Source: Candidatus Bathyarchaeia archaeon (GTDB taxonomy: Archaea; Thermoproteota; Bathyarchaeia; 40CM-2-53-6). Taken from it: a stretch of DNA of 64,000 nucleotides. The translations under genes were made by a program, and so were the position numbers. Under the pieces are notes generated by a model. That model did not search any database and was not told the DNA's origin. It saw only the letters and a list, made by a program, of their open reading frames with translations. The stretch lies in NCBI GenBank assembly GCA_049513715.1, contig JBEKVV010000001.1, forward strand, positions 512,001-576,000. The letters are read 5' to 3'. Each line of letters opens with the position of its first letter. Positions within the stretch are counted from its first letter, which is position 1. Below, in pieces: positions 1 through 9,739 of the stretch.

Positions 1-11
1 TTGACGCGTTC

Positions 12-1439
12 TTGATAGATTTGTTGATCGAGCATGCTTACGTTCTCACCATGACGGGAGAGGGAGCGGGGGTAATACAAGACGGAACAGTTGCAGCTGA
101 TGGGGACAAGATTGTTGCCGTTGGGAAATCTCTCAAGATCCCTCGATCCTATCGAGGGGCAAGGAGGAAGATCGATGCAAGGGGCAAAGCTGTCCTCCCG
201 GGACTCATAGACGCCCATACTCACACCCATTTTGTCGGGACTAGAGGAGAATCTCAAGACATCCCAGAATCTGAATGGTGGACTGGAGTCGCACCGTTCT
301 CGACATATATGACTGAAGATTTAGCGATAAAACTCGCAAAGCTCGGCATAGTTGAGGGAATCAAGGCTGGAACCACGCTTTTCGGCGATTTCGGTCCATT
401 CATGGACGCTGTGGCCGAGAAGGCGTACGCCAAGCTCGGCGTTAGAGCCAATCTGGCAACCATGTTTAATGAACTAAGAGCTTGGTACAAAGGCGCAAGC
501 GAAAGTGCTCTTTACGAGTTTGATCCTGAAGTGGGGAAGAGGGGGCTCCGCGAGAATCTTCAGCTCATAGATCGCTGGCAAGGAAAAGTGAATGGAAGGA
601 TAACTTGCTGCTTGGGTCCCCAAGCCCCTGATATGATGAGTAAAGACCTTCTGCTTGAAACGAAACGAATCGCTTTGGAAAGGAATCTTACAATGCACTT
701 CCACCTAGCCCAAGGCGCCACTGAGACCGCTCAAATGAAAGCGAGGTATGGAATGTCATCTATTCGATTCTTGGACAAGATAGACTTCCTATGCCCAAAC
801 ATTATGGCAGTTCACTGTGAAAGTGCCACCGACGAAGAATTGCGTTTGATAGCTGAGAGAGGTGTGAGAATGATCTCCTGCCCAAGCATAGTAGCCATGA
901 CAGACGGACTCGTATCGCCTGTATGGCGATATCTCGAACTAGGCGGCCGCGCGGCAGCTCTGGGAAGTGACTCGAGCCTTACTTCTTCCGACATGTTCAA
1001 GGAGGTGAAGATGGCAGCACTTCTGAATAAGGTGCGGAGCCAAGATCCAACAGCGCTTCCAGCGTGGAGAGCGCTACGTCTCGCAACCATAGAAGCGGCT
1101 AGGACACTGGGACTGGAAGAGACGGTGGGAAGCATAGAGCCAGGCAAGAAAGCTGACCTAATAGTAGTTGACCTGACGGGGCAAACGATCCCGATACTGA
1201 ACAGGCCAATCCGGAACATCGTACCCAATTTGGTCTACAGCGCTGATAGTGCCCAGGTTGAAACAGTCATTGTAGACGGAAAAATCATAATGGAGAACCG
1301 TAGGATTCTCAAAATCCGGGAAGACAGGATCGCACAGGAAGCGCAGAAAGCGGCGGAGCAACTGGCGGATAATGCAACCAATGACTACGAAGCCGCGGGG
1401 TTGCGCCTTTCAAGGTGGTCAAAGGAAGGGATTATCTGA
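12..1439 (+). CDS. Amidohydrolase family deaminase (MTA/SAH deaminase-like)
   Basis: PGLIDAHTH metal motif, HFHLAQ, AVHC, LGSD, GSIEPGKKADL C-terminal signature. Confidence 0.85.
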   Translation: MIDLLIEHAYVLTMTGEGAGVIQDGTVAADGDKIVAVGKSLKIPRSYRGARRKIDARGKAVLPGLIDAHTHTHFVGTRGESQDIPESEWWTGVAPFSTYMTEDLAIKLAKLGIVEGIKAGTTLFGDFGPFMDAVAEKAYAKLGVRANLATMFNELRAWYKGASESALYEFDPEVGKRGLRENLQLIDRWQGKVNGRITCCLGPQAPDMMSKDLLLETKRIALERNLTMHFHLAQGATETAQMKARYGMSSIRFLDKIDFLCPNIMAVHCESATDEELRLIAERGVRMISCPSIVAMTDGLVSPVWRYLELGGRAAALGSDSSLTSSDMFKEVKMAALLNKVRSQDPTALPAWRALRLATIEAARTLGLEETVGSIEPGKKADLIVVDLTGQTIPILNRPIRNIVPNLVYSADSAQVETVIVDGKIIMENRRILKIREDRIAQEAQKAAEQLADNATNDYEAAGLRLSRWSKEGII

Positions 1440-1880
1440 AGGAAACATGTGAATTGGAAACTCCTGTTTTCCGTCTTTGATTTGGGTGGCCTACTTGCGC
1501 TGAAGGGCTTCCTTTTCTAGGTATGGCAGAATCTCGTTCGCGATCGCCCCCTTCTGGCTAGCAGTCAGACGACGCTAGGGCGGTAAATAGCTTATTTCTT
1601 GGCGTTTCTAAGCATTGAGTCATTATTTCGTAGAATAGATTAGAGCCATCCAAACGAAAGCCACTGAAACAGGGTTCATTAACGTGAGTGAATTGATGAA
1701 ACTTCAGAAAGCGGGCTATCGCAGACCTCTTGAATCCCTCCGAGCCCACTACCCAAGCAGACTCCGGTAATGATATTTGGTTGTGTGGGAGGGTAAGTGT
1801 TCTTGACGGGGGAAGGGCCTGGACCGGGTTGCAAATGACCCGTTTAGGTGAGCTAACCCCCGTTTAATAATAAGCGGGGG

Positions 1881-2603
1881 TTGCTTGGAGAGAAATGGAA
1901 GGGAACCTTATTTCAGCTTGAGAATTTTGCAAGTACTAACGGTATTGAATTTATGGAGGTTGTAGATAACAAGTCACGCAGCTCTGATAGTGTCAGAGCC
2001 TTTGCACAAGGTCTGGTTGCTGCGCTCCAAAAGCATCCAAGTGCCTTTGAGCAATACTTGGACAGAGTGCTTTCGTCTGACCGTGACTCGGATCTGATCG
2101 AAGAATTGAACACGACGTTGCGGCCACAAGGATATGAACTGTCCACAAACGGCCAGGTTCGGTTATTGCAAACCGATACAACAGCGCCAGTGGTCGCCCA
2201 GGAGATACATGAAACTCCGGGTTGGATAGAAGAGCGATTAAGGTTCTTAGGGTATATGGATTGTCTAAGTTCATATGAGGAGGCAATCAGCAGCAGGAGC
2301 CAAGGTAATTTTGCGGCGTCCATTGGTCAGCTGCGCAACTTTGTGCACTGCGTTGTATCTAGCGTGTCTCAGACCGACCCAACGCATTTTGGATTGGCCT
2401 TGGAAAAGCTATCACAAGACAAGAGACTCGCAAAGCTTCTCGGGAGAGATAGATGGGGGATGGACAATTTACTGAAGAAGATGGACACTTTCCTTAGCCT
2501 TTACGGCAGTCACTCGCCTGTTGAGCAACCAGACGAAATGGATGCGAGATTAGCTGCTTCTGTTTCACTGGGGCTTATTCGCTACATTCTAGAGCGCACT
2601 TAA
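1881..2603 (+). CDS. Hypothetical protein, possible abortive-infection C-terminal (Abi_C/HEPN-like) helical domain
   Basis: 240-aa ORF; C-terminal half 'YEEAISS..GNFAASIGQLRNFV...YGSH' resembles Abi C-terminal helical bundles (by eye). Confidence 0.45.
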   Translation: MLGEKWKGTLFQLENFASTNGIEFMEVVDNKSRSSDSVRAFAQGLVAALQKHPSAFEQYLDRVLSSDRDSDLIEELNTTLRPQGYELSTNGQVRLLQTDTTAPVVAQEIHETPGWIEERLRFLGYMDCLSSYEEAISSRSQGNFAASIGQLRNFVHCVVSSVSQTDPTHFGLALEKLSQDKRLAKLLGRDRWGMDNLLKKMDTFLSLYGSHSPVEQPDEMDARLAASVSLGLIRYILERT

Positions 2604-2608
2604 CACGC

Positions 2609-3002
2609 CTACTTGAAACGTGCGGCACTTCGAACTAATCTAAGAAACCAGAAGAATTCAACGATGGAAATTGCCAAGATCCCCGCTCCGAACTCAGATA
2701 TAGCCGCTAGGGGAACTGCGCCTGTGCACGTAGTCGCTGCCGCTTCGCACTGAATGTAAGTTGCAGTGTGCCACGACATTCCGTAAGCCCAATTAATTGT
2801 GTAGAAAGGTATTCGCCTGAATTCTTGACTGTGGAAGATATCCATTATCGTATAGATCGAAGCGAAGTGGGCGCAATGTGTCTTCACCTGTAACTACAGT
2901 AATTTCCCGTATGTACCAAAATGTGAAGAACCCCCATCGACGATGGAATAGTAACGTGTACAACTGATTTCCGTTATCGTCGGTGTGGCGCTCATGAATC
3001 AT
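2609..3002 (-). pseudogene. Probable remnant of a surface/membrane protein (two overlapping frames ending in a TM helix plus basic tail)
   Basis: ORFs 2793..3002 and 2609..2887 overlap in different frames; the second ends SEFG-hydrophobic-RLVRSAARFK, like an archaeal C-terminal anchor. Confidence 0.3.
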
Positions 3003-3177
3003 GAATCTGTTGGATTAGGGGAGAGGCAGATGCGGAAAGGTGGAGATCGCACAGTTGACAACATGAAGAGATGCATTCTGATCGTGCTCTCTGTTTCGAT
3101 GATTATCTTGACAAGCCTGGGATCTGCTCATGCGCAGTCGAAAGTTCCAGTTTTCGGGGCTTGGAGGGCCGGTTAAG

Positions 3178-5532
3178 ATGCATTGTGGTAAATGCGGAGC
3201 TGAAATCTCAGATGCGGACACGTTTTGCGGAAGGTGCGGTGCTGTCCAGGAGAGGCCGCGCACGCCCGGCATGGGTTCATCGCGAACTAAGCTGTTAGCA
3301 GCCGCAGCGATTGCGATTCTCATTCTCGCAGGCCTGTTTGGAAGCGGAGTGATTCAGCAGATGCTTTCCACGTCGCCTCTATCGTTGCCATCGCAGTCAA
3401 CAAGCACGTCGACAGCCAGCTCCTCGTCTGCGACAACTAGCCGAGTCTCCTCTGAAACGAGCAACATCCCATCGACTGCAGAAACGAGCTCTAGTACTTC
3501 GAGCCTCCCAGCCGAGCCTCCTTCTGTTTTCACAGCTAGCTTGGCGTCCGCGCCTACGGCTGTTGGATGCTACCGTTATGGTCAAGCAGGGTGGGAGAAT
3601 GTTGCCTGTCTCTCTCAGGGGGCGGTTCAAAAGTGGGGTAACTTTCCAGGCTCCTTCATGGGCATCATCAGCACTCAGGGCGGCAAGCCTATTGCAGGGC
3701 CTCAGCCCGGAAAGACTCAGATAAAATTAGGCGTAGTTATGGTGGACATTCGTAACTTTGGGTCGGACACAGATAGTAGGTTTGGCGATGGCGCGTACAG
3801 TGTTCAACTGAACACGAACTGGTTCCCCGGCAACAACGGGCACACTGACTGGGTGCAGTTCGTCTACCAAGACTTTTGTGGCAACTCTGCTGGTTGTGGA
3901 GATGCAAGCCGCCTCTGTATATGGAACATCGACGTGACCATTGACAAATACGATACAAGTCCCGGATGCGCAAAGCCTGGCGCAGTCAGACTCTCCAGTG
4001 CGGGATTTGCGCCTGTAGGATCCCAGACATGGGAGATTATCATCGCGGGATGGGTGGCGTCCAATGGAAACTTGGGAATGATCGCCTACCTGAACGGAGG
4101 CATTTACAGCGTGTCCGCCCCCGACATGTACGGTTTGGCATCGGACTGGGATGAGGCAAGCGGGGGAATAATGGGCGCGAGTGTGTCGACTGCCAACTTT
4201 GCCAACACCGGGCTGCAGACCGACATCGGTGTAGCCTCCTCCTTATCCTCCTGCCTATCCTTGTGGAAGGATTGCGGCGGGCTACCTATAGCTGCGGTAG
4301 AAACGCCCCCACCGGGGGCTGGGGTCACACTCGAGAGTAGCAGCCTGCAACAATACGACTATTTGCTGACCAGCTACTACGGGGGCAATCACTGGTGGTT
4401 CTCCTCAGCATCTGTCGACCAGGTTGGCTCAGTGATCTGCCCGCAAAATGGGGGGTACCCGGGCTGCGGACAGTTTGTGGATTACGGGAAAGCCTTCGGT
4501 TTTGATTCCGCCATGTTGTATACGGTGGACATACAGCCTGCGCCTGGGGAAGTGAGCGCGGGCAACGATTTGAGCACGACGGTGAGTGTTGTTTCGGTGG
4601 ACGGCGTGCAGGTGGGGCCGATAACGATGAGCGTGTCCGGGCTGTCCTCTCTCGGAACTGAGGATCTCTCAGGTCAAACGTGCACGTTCGGTCCTTACCT
4701 CCAGCCTGGGAGCAGCTGCTCCTACACCATGACCATTCATACCTTCCCGACCGCGCTTCCGAGCAGCTACCCCGTCACAATCACGGGTACTCCGCCTCCG
4801 AACGCGGTGCCGCCTCCCCTATCATCGGGGTTACCTAGCCTGAGCGATTACATCGTGTACAATCTCATAATCAACCCCCCAGCCGCCCCACAGCCAATGA
4901 TCGTTTCGCCAGTAGACATGGCTTCTCTCAACCAGGGCGAGAATACGCTGATTGGGTATGCAGCCAGCACCGACACAGCTCAACCCGGGTGGGTGCCCTG
5001 CGACCATATGCAGTTCAAGGTCACCTTCTCCGGCGGTTCAATCGTGACGGCCACACCAACGGAAGATCCAAGCTACCAGAAGACAGGGTTCTGCGATGCC
5101 ATGGTGGACTTGAGTGTGCTGGGACCGGCTACGGTCGTGCTTTACGCAACCAGCCTTGCAGGAGCTAAAGGAGCCGTCAGCATAGCCATCAACATCGTTA
5201 GCGCGCAGCAGCCCACCCCGTTCACCTTCGCATTATCCGTCACACCCTCAACCTGGTCGGTAGACCGGGGAGGACAGGGCTCATTTACAGTGGTCGTGAC
5301 GTTGACCGGGGGCACCGCGGGGCCTGTTCAGTTGAGCGTCTCAGGCCTACCGCAAGATGCAACCTACACCTTCAGCAGCAACCCCGTCACTCCAACTGCC
5401 ACATTAACCCTGACCATAAGCACCGCAACCACCACTCCTCTAGGGACATACACAATAACGATCACTGGAACAGCCGCCGACGGCAGCACCGCGTCCACCA
5501 CCATACAACTCGCCGTCGCAAGCCTAGGCTAG
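3178..5532 (+). CDS. Zinc-ribbon, membrane-anchored large extracellular protein (possible thermopsin-like domain, C-terminal Ig-like beta domains)
   Basis: Likely start ATG 3178: CGKC..CGRC zinc ribbon, TM helix, Ser/Thr linker, YSVQLNTN..WVQFVY segment, Thr/Pro-rich beta repeats (GTYTITITGT). Confidence 0.7.
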   Translation: MHCGKCGAEISDADTFCGRCGAVQERPRTPGMGSSRTKLLAAAAIAILILAGLFGSGVIQQMLSTSPLSLPSQSTSTSTASSSSATTSRVSSETSNIPSTAETSSSTSSLPAEPPSVFTASLASAPTAVGCYRYGQAGWENVACLSQGAVQKWGNFPGSFMGIISTQGGKPIAGPQPGKTQIKLGVVMVDIRNFGSDTDSRFGDGAYSVQLNTNWFPGNNGHTDWVQFVYQDFCGNSAGCGDASRLCIWNIDVTIDKYDTSPGCAKPGAVRLSSAGFAPVGSQTWEIIIAGWVASNGNLGMIAYLNGGIYSVSAPDMYGLASDWDEASGGIMGASVSTANFANTGLQTDIGVASSLSSCLSLWKDCGGLPIAAVETPPPGAGVTLESSSLQQYDYLLTSYYGGNHWWFSSASVDQVGSVICPQNGGYPGCGQFVDYGKAFGFDSAMLYTVDIQPAPGEVSAGNDLSTTVSVVSVDGVQVGPITMSVSGLSSLGTEDLSGQTCTFGPYLQPGSSCSYTMTIHTFPTALPSSYPVTITGTPPPNAVPPPLSSGLPSLSDYIVYNLIINPPAAPQPMIVSPVDMASLNQGENTLIGYAASTDTAQPGWVPCDHMQFKVTFSGGSIVTATPTEDPSYQKTGFCDAMVDLSVLGPATVVLYATSLAGAKGAVSIAINIVSAQQPTPFTFALSVTPSTWSVDRGGQGSFTVVVTLTGGTAGPVQLSVSGLPQDATYTFSSNPVTPTATLTLTISTATTTPLGTYTITITGTAADGSTASTTIQLAVASLG

Positions 5533-5687
5533 AACAGTGAGAAGAACTGTGACATAGGATGGATTTCTTCCTGCCTTGAACGAGTTCTGTGGGCACTTCG
5601 GAAACAGACTCAAAGGCAGCTGACCACGCTGCAAGACAAAATACAGCTGAATCCTTCCTTCGCTAGGAATGTTACCGAACCCACTAT

Positions 5688-5718
5688 GTCGTGGGTTCGT
5701 ATCCCACCGGCCCCACCA
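5688..5718 (+). repeat. tRNA 3'-end fragment (T-arm + acceptor 3' strand + CCA), putative att site
   Basis: GTC GTGGG TTCGTAT CCCAC CGGCCCC ACCA; no matching GGGGCCG 5' half immediately upstream; about 700 bp from an integrase. Confidence 0.75.
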
Positions 5719-5946
5719 CATCGCTCACAACTGCTTCCTTAGGGGATCGTGTCCCGGCATCTCAGGAAGTCTGACCATCCCCATACATATAGGTACGGGG
5801 ATGCTGCCACCGCCATACCTGTTCTTACGAGAATTCGCCACTTCAGGTTGAGCCCATTTTGATTGATCAGGTCATTGCGTGTGACCACGTCGGCCAAATC
5901 GGAAACTAAATAGTCTGAGCGAAGCAGAGGGTCGTAGGCGCAAGAC

Positions 5947-6216
5947 TTGGAGTCCGACCAAGAAAGGAAGAAGGCCGTGCTCGCAGACTTGAACCGTTGG
6001 CACCTGCTGCTGTCAGGATACAGCGAGGCGGAACTTGTCGGACTCGGCGATCTCGCTGTTCTGGGGAAGGAAAGAGTTCGCGGTCTCATCCGTCGGAAGG
6101 CGGAGGAAGCGGTTCTGAGGGCAAATCCGGTGATTGTGATCGGAAAACGGAAACGCAAGGCGCCGAGAAAGTCGGTGCATCGGAAGAAGAAGGTTAATCG
6201 TGGCCGGGGAAGGTAG
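5947..6216 (+). CDS. Small hypothetical protein with basic C-terminus
   Basis: 89-aa ORF closely followed by a co-oriented ORF, converging on the integrase. Confidence 0.45.
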   Translation: MESDQERKKAVLADLNRWHLLLSGYSEAELVGLGDLAVLGKERVRGLIRRKAEEAVLRANPVIVIGKRKRKAPRKSVHRKKKVNRGRGR

Positions 6217-6224
6217 CCCGAGAA

Positions 6225-6427
6225 TGGCCGCCGAGGACGAGGTCGACTTGCGCGAGTACAAGAAGAGCATTGAGGACTCACTCGGTAGGCTCAAGCCGGA
6301 CAGCGTCCTCTTGAAAAGGATTCGCCGCTTGCCCGACCGCATGGCCCGCGTCGAGTGGTGGAGGGAGGTTGAGGTACTGAACGACTTATTGCACGATGAA
6401 CTGGGCTCATTTGTGCTCGACGATTGA
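6225..6427 (+). CDS. Small hypothetical protein (start approximate, MAAEDE...)
   Basis: Protein-like helical composition; internal ATG follows the upstream ORF stop by a few nt. Confidence 0.45.
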
Positions 6428-7840
6428 CGTCTCTTCGTCCCGGTTTCCGATCCACTTCCACAGTGCACCTGGTCCTTCTATCCACTTTCCCAGCTCCTTC
6501 TTGGGCACCATCTTCACCACGCCCTTCTGGGCGTCGGTCTTTCGCCGGATGAGTTCTCGCATTTTGGCTCCGGAGAATTTGGCGGGGTCTCCTTCCCTGT
6601 CAATATCCGCGTCGGTGTAGCCGAGCAGTTTGAGGTTCTGCCTGTTCACGAGGCCCATGACGCTTTCCTGCGTTACGGGCTCTCTCCAGGTCAAAGTGTC
6701 GAGGTGCTTCTCCGCGGCGGCCGCATATGCTCGCCTCATCTTTTCTCGAAGCGGAGGTGGAAGCCCCTTGTTCATTCGGTAGACGCTCTCGATGTCCCCT
6801 CCGTGCCCCATCCAGAAGACCGACCAGTCCTTGATTACGAGCTTATCGTATTCTGCCATCATCATGGCCGTAGAATAGAAGCGGCGTAGCACGTACGGCC
6901 GCCAGCCGAAACCGGCTTTGCGAATTGGGCGGCGAATGTCGCCGCGCACGCTAATGGTTTGAATGTGCTTGCCGATGTAGGGTTCGTCTTCGCCGGTGAA
7001 GATCGGGGTTTCGGCGTCGATCTGTTCACCTAGTTTCCATTCTCGTCTTCTAGTTTTGCCGTTAAAGACTCTCTTCGAGTTCATCCGCCACTCAAGCCAC
7101 TCTCGCAGGTATCCGCAACCCTCGCGACTCAGAAAGCCTGAGTACTGGTTTCCCATTTTGCTGACGTTTTCACGGACGATGAACATTGTCGGGATCTGCT
7201 TGAAGGTGACCGTGCCTTTGGTTCTCACTTCGGCTTTTCCCTTAACGATTTTGGCCTCTTCGTTCCTGTACTCCATTTCTGGGAAGTCAGAAATCTTTAG
7301 TCCGTCCGTTGCCGTGTGGTTGCCGAGAACCTGCGGCCTGACTCCAGCGTAGGCCATCATGGCGATGGCGAACCTTGCGCGGCGGTTGGCCTTGTCCAGT
7401 ATTCTGCGAAGCTCGCCTGCATCCGGCACGTTCTCCTGACTGTACTTCGTGCCCACCGCCTTTCCGAGCCTGATCCTGCCCGGAACTTCGATGTTGTTGT
7501 GGCTGAACCAGCTTCGAATTGTTTTCACGTAGTTTCTGACGTTTGCGGCCGTTTTCGCCTTCTCAACGACTTTCCCGCTAGCGTCCTTCTTGTCGGTTTT
7601 GAGGTCCGTGACTAGGTCTAACAGGAGCTTCTTCGCAGCCACGAGATCCGGATCTCCGTCTTTGCGGGTCGCGTGCTTCAGGATCATTTGCGCTGGCGTG
7701 AGCTTCAATCGCCTGGCGAGATAGTCGAGTCTCCTCAAGTAGCCGTCTGCCGTCAGCGTGCTATCTTCGCGTAGACTGCTGTACCAGCGCTTCACATCCA
7801 CATTCTCTAACAAGTACTGCTGGTTCTTGAGCCTAGCCAT
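6407..7840 (-). CDS. Tyrosine recombinase/integrase
   Basis: Catalytic set GVRP (R), KMG (K), PYVLRR (YxxR), WMGH (H), VY (Y); N-terminal SAM-like core-binding region. Confidence 0.85.
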   Translation of the reverse strand: MARLKNQQYLLENVDVKRWYSSLREDSTLTADGYLRRLDYLARRLKLTPAQMILKHATRKDGDPDLVAAKKLLLDLVTDLKTDKKDASGKVVEKAKTAANVRNYVKTIRSWFSHNNIEVPGRIRLGKAVGTKYSQENVPDAGELRRILDKANRRARFAIAMMAYAGVRPQVLGNHTATDGLKISDFPEMEYRNEEAKIVKGKAEVRTKGTVTFKQIPTMFIVRENVSKMGNQYSGFLSREGCGYLREWLEWRMNSKRVFNGKTRRREWKLGEQIDAETPIFTGEDEPYIGKHIQTISVRGDIRRPIRKAGFGWRPYVLRRFYSTAMMMAEYDKLVIKDWSVFWMGHGGDIESVYRMNKGLPPPLREKMRRAYAAAAEKHLDTLTWREPVTQESVMGLVNRQNLKLLGYTDADIDREGDPAKFSGAKMRELIRRKTDAQKGVVKMVPKKELGKWIEGPGALWKWIGNRDEETSIVEHK

Positions 7841-8116
7841 GCCAGAAATAGTTGAGTCCCTTAAGTATAGCTTTTATGGTTATGCAAGAGGAACAGTCTT
7901 AAAGGATTCATCACTAACCAGTCACGGTCCTGAACCCTCTTGGTCCAAATATCTTGCCAGGTCGTACATTTGATTATCGCTAGAGAACTCGTCCTGACAA
8001 AAGCATTGAACCTCACACACACATCAATTGCTGGGATCAAAACCCAACTAGTGTGAACGGTCCGTAGAGAATCCGTAGGCGAAACCTATCACTCGAGAGA
8101 CTACCGAATTTTCGGC

Positions 8117-8401
8117 TCATTTCAGTTCCTGTAACTTGTCCTCCTCAATTTGGCGTAGAATCGCCAGCCCGAGTGGTGTCAAGGAAACTACGTCTTGTCC
8201 ATCTAGGTTGGTTGAGGTGAGAAACCCCTCTGTCTGCAGGTTCGCGATCTCTCCAACCCAGGTCTGGTCGGAGTCAACGGCGAGGTCTGCTCTGAGGTTT
8301 TCTTGTTTGACGAATTTGTTGCCGATGCCCCTCAGCCTCCAGAGTGTGAGGAGGATTTGCTCTCCTAGGTCTGAGAGTGCTTGGGGGGGCATGTTTGGCA
8401 T
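8117..8401 (-). CDS. Small winged-helix protein
   Basis: wHTH pattern 'EQILLTL...LQTEGFL...VSLTPLG'. Confidence 0.6.
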   Translation of the reverse strand: MPNMPPQALSDLGEQILLTLWRLRGIGNKFVKQENLRADLAVDSDQTWVGEIANLQTEGFLTSTNLDGQDVVSLTPLGLAILRQIEEDKLQELK

Positions 8402-8502
8402 GGGTTGTCTGTCTCTGACTTATCCATATGGATGAAACTTTAGTGTGTGTTAATGCGAACATTAATATACCATGCCTTTCGCATAAGAGCCTTGAGTAGT
8501 CC

Positions 8503-9183
8503 ATGGCAGCCGATGAAGCCACCGCATTCATGGAAGTCCTATCGAAGAGCCCGCAATTCAAAGTCCTCACCATCTTAGCACAACGCCCACAGGAAGAACT
8601 CACAAAGACCGAAATCGCTCAACGTGCAGGTATAGGACGAACAACCCTCTACCGAGTCTGGAACGACCTCGAACGAATGAAGGCCATCGCGCCATCGAGG
8701 CATGTGGGCGCAGTAACCCTATACCGAATGAACCCCCAAAGCCCAGTCGTACAATCATTCCTCAGCATAACCAAAAGCCTAACCACAGTAACTGACGCGG
8801 TCTCAAAAATCGAGCAACTCCGCAAACTGGAAGAATCGGCCAAGTCAGAGTTCGGCGACACTGTACCGCCGGGACCCAGCATTTTGGTTAAACTCGTGAA
8901 AGCAAACTCCATCTCACCCGAAACCGCTAGAACACGTGCAGAGCTTCAGTTCACTCAACACGAAGCGGACGCCCTCAAAGGCCTATTGACGGCCGGGTTA
9001 GTCTTCGAGAATGACGGGGCACTCTACCTAAGCCAACTCGGGTCGCAGACCGCGCAAGGCGCAGCAAAGATCTGGGGCTCCGACAACTCGCAATCCCTAG
9101 ACCAAGCAATCTCAACCGCAAAAGTCGCACTGAACCTAATCAACCAAGAGATCAGGCGGCTCAAAGGGCAAGTGCCAAAGTAG
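8503..9183 (+). CDS. HTH transcriptional regulator (N-terminal HTH, C-terminal winged helix)
   Basis: LTKTEIAQRAGIGRTTLYR HTH; second wHTH-like 'LKGLLTAGLV...LYLSQLG'. Confidence 0.75.
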   Translation: MAADEATAFMEVLSKSPQFKVLTILAQRPQEELTKTEIAQRAGIGRTTLYRVWNDLERMKAIAPSRHVGAVTLYRMNPQSPVVQSFLSITKSLTTVTDAVSKIEQLRKLEESAKSEFGDTVPPGPSILVKLVKANSISPETARTRAELQFTQHEADALKGLLTAGLVFENDGALYLSQLGSQTAQGAAKIWGSDNSQSLDQAISTAKVALNLINQEIRRLKGQVPK

Positions 9184-9460
9184 CCGAGAACTTAGCGCTC
9201 GCCAGTAACTACTTTCTTTTCTCTTCGTTTTCCTATCCAAGAAACTTTAAGTCTTAACGGGAAAAATCGGGAATACCTACGGGTAATTGAGTCGTTTGAC
9301 GTCCTCTCCGCAGTGTTAGCCGATAACGACCTGAGCCTGTCGTCATTCTTCATGAACTCTATAGACGCTAACCGTGCTGCTATCTACTTAGCCGCGTGGC
9401 GAACCCAACGAGCTGAAGTGAGAAAAAAATGACTCGGGACGAAGCGCGGGTTGGGAATAT

Positions 9461-9679
9461 GTGAAACAGTGGTACAAGAAAACTGCGAAGTATGAACAAG
9501 GATGTTTGCGACGAAACCCGTACCACCAGATCGAGTTTATTGTAACTTGTCACTTCCTACAGAAGTACCTTCCAAAGACAGGATTTGTTCTCGACGCGGG
9601 CGGAGGACCCGGGGCGTACACCATCGAATTGGCCGAGAAAGGATATGACCTAGTCTTAATAGATCTCACAATTTCCTGA
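9461..9679 (+). pseudogene. Truncated class I SAM-dependent methyltransferase
   Basis: VLDAGGGPGAY motif I and LVLIDL motif II followed almost immediately by a stop. Confidence 0.7.
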
Positions 9680-9739
9680 AAAGAGACTGGCAAATAACGG
9701 AGACGAACAGCTTGACATGCGTGAACATAAATCAAAAGG

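Noticed and set aside
5600..5718. Complete intron-containing tRNA
   Set aside because: No GGGGCCG 5' acceptor strand, D arm or anticodon arm can be assembled upstream, even allowing BHB introns
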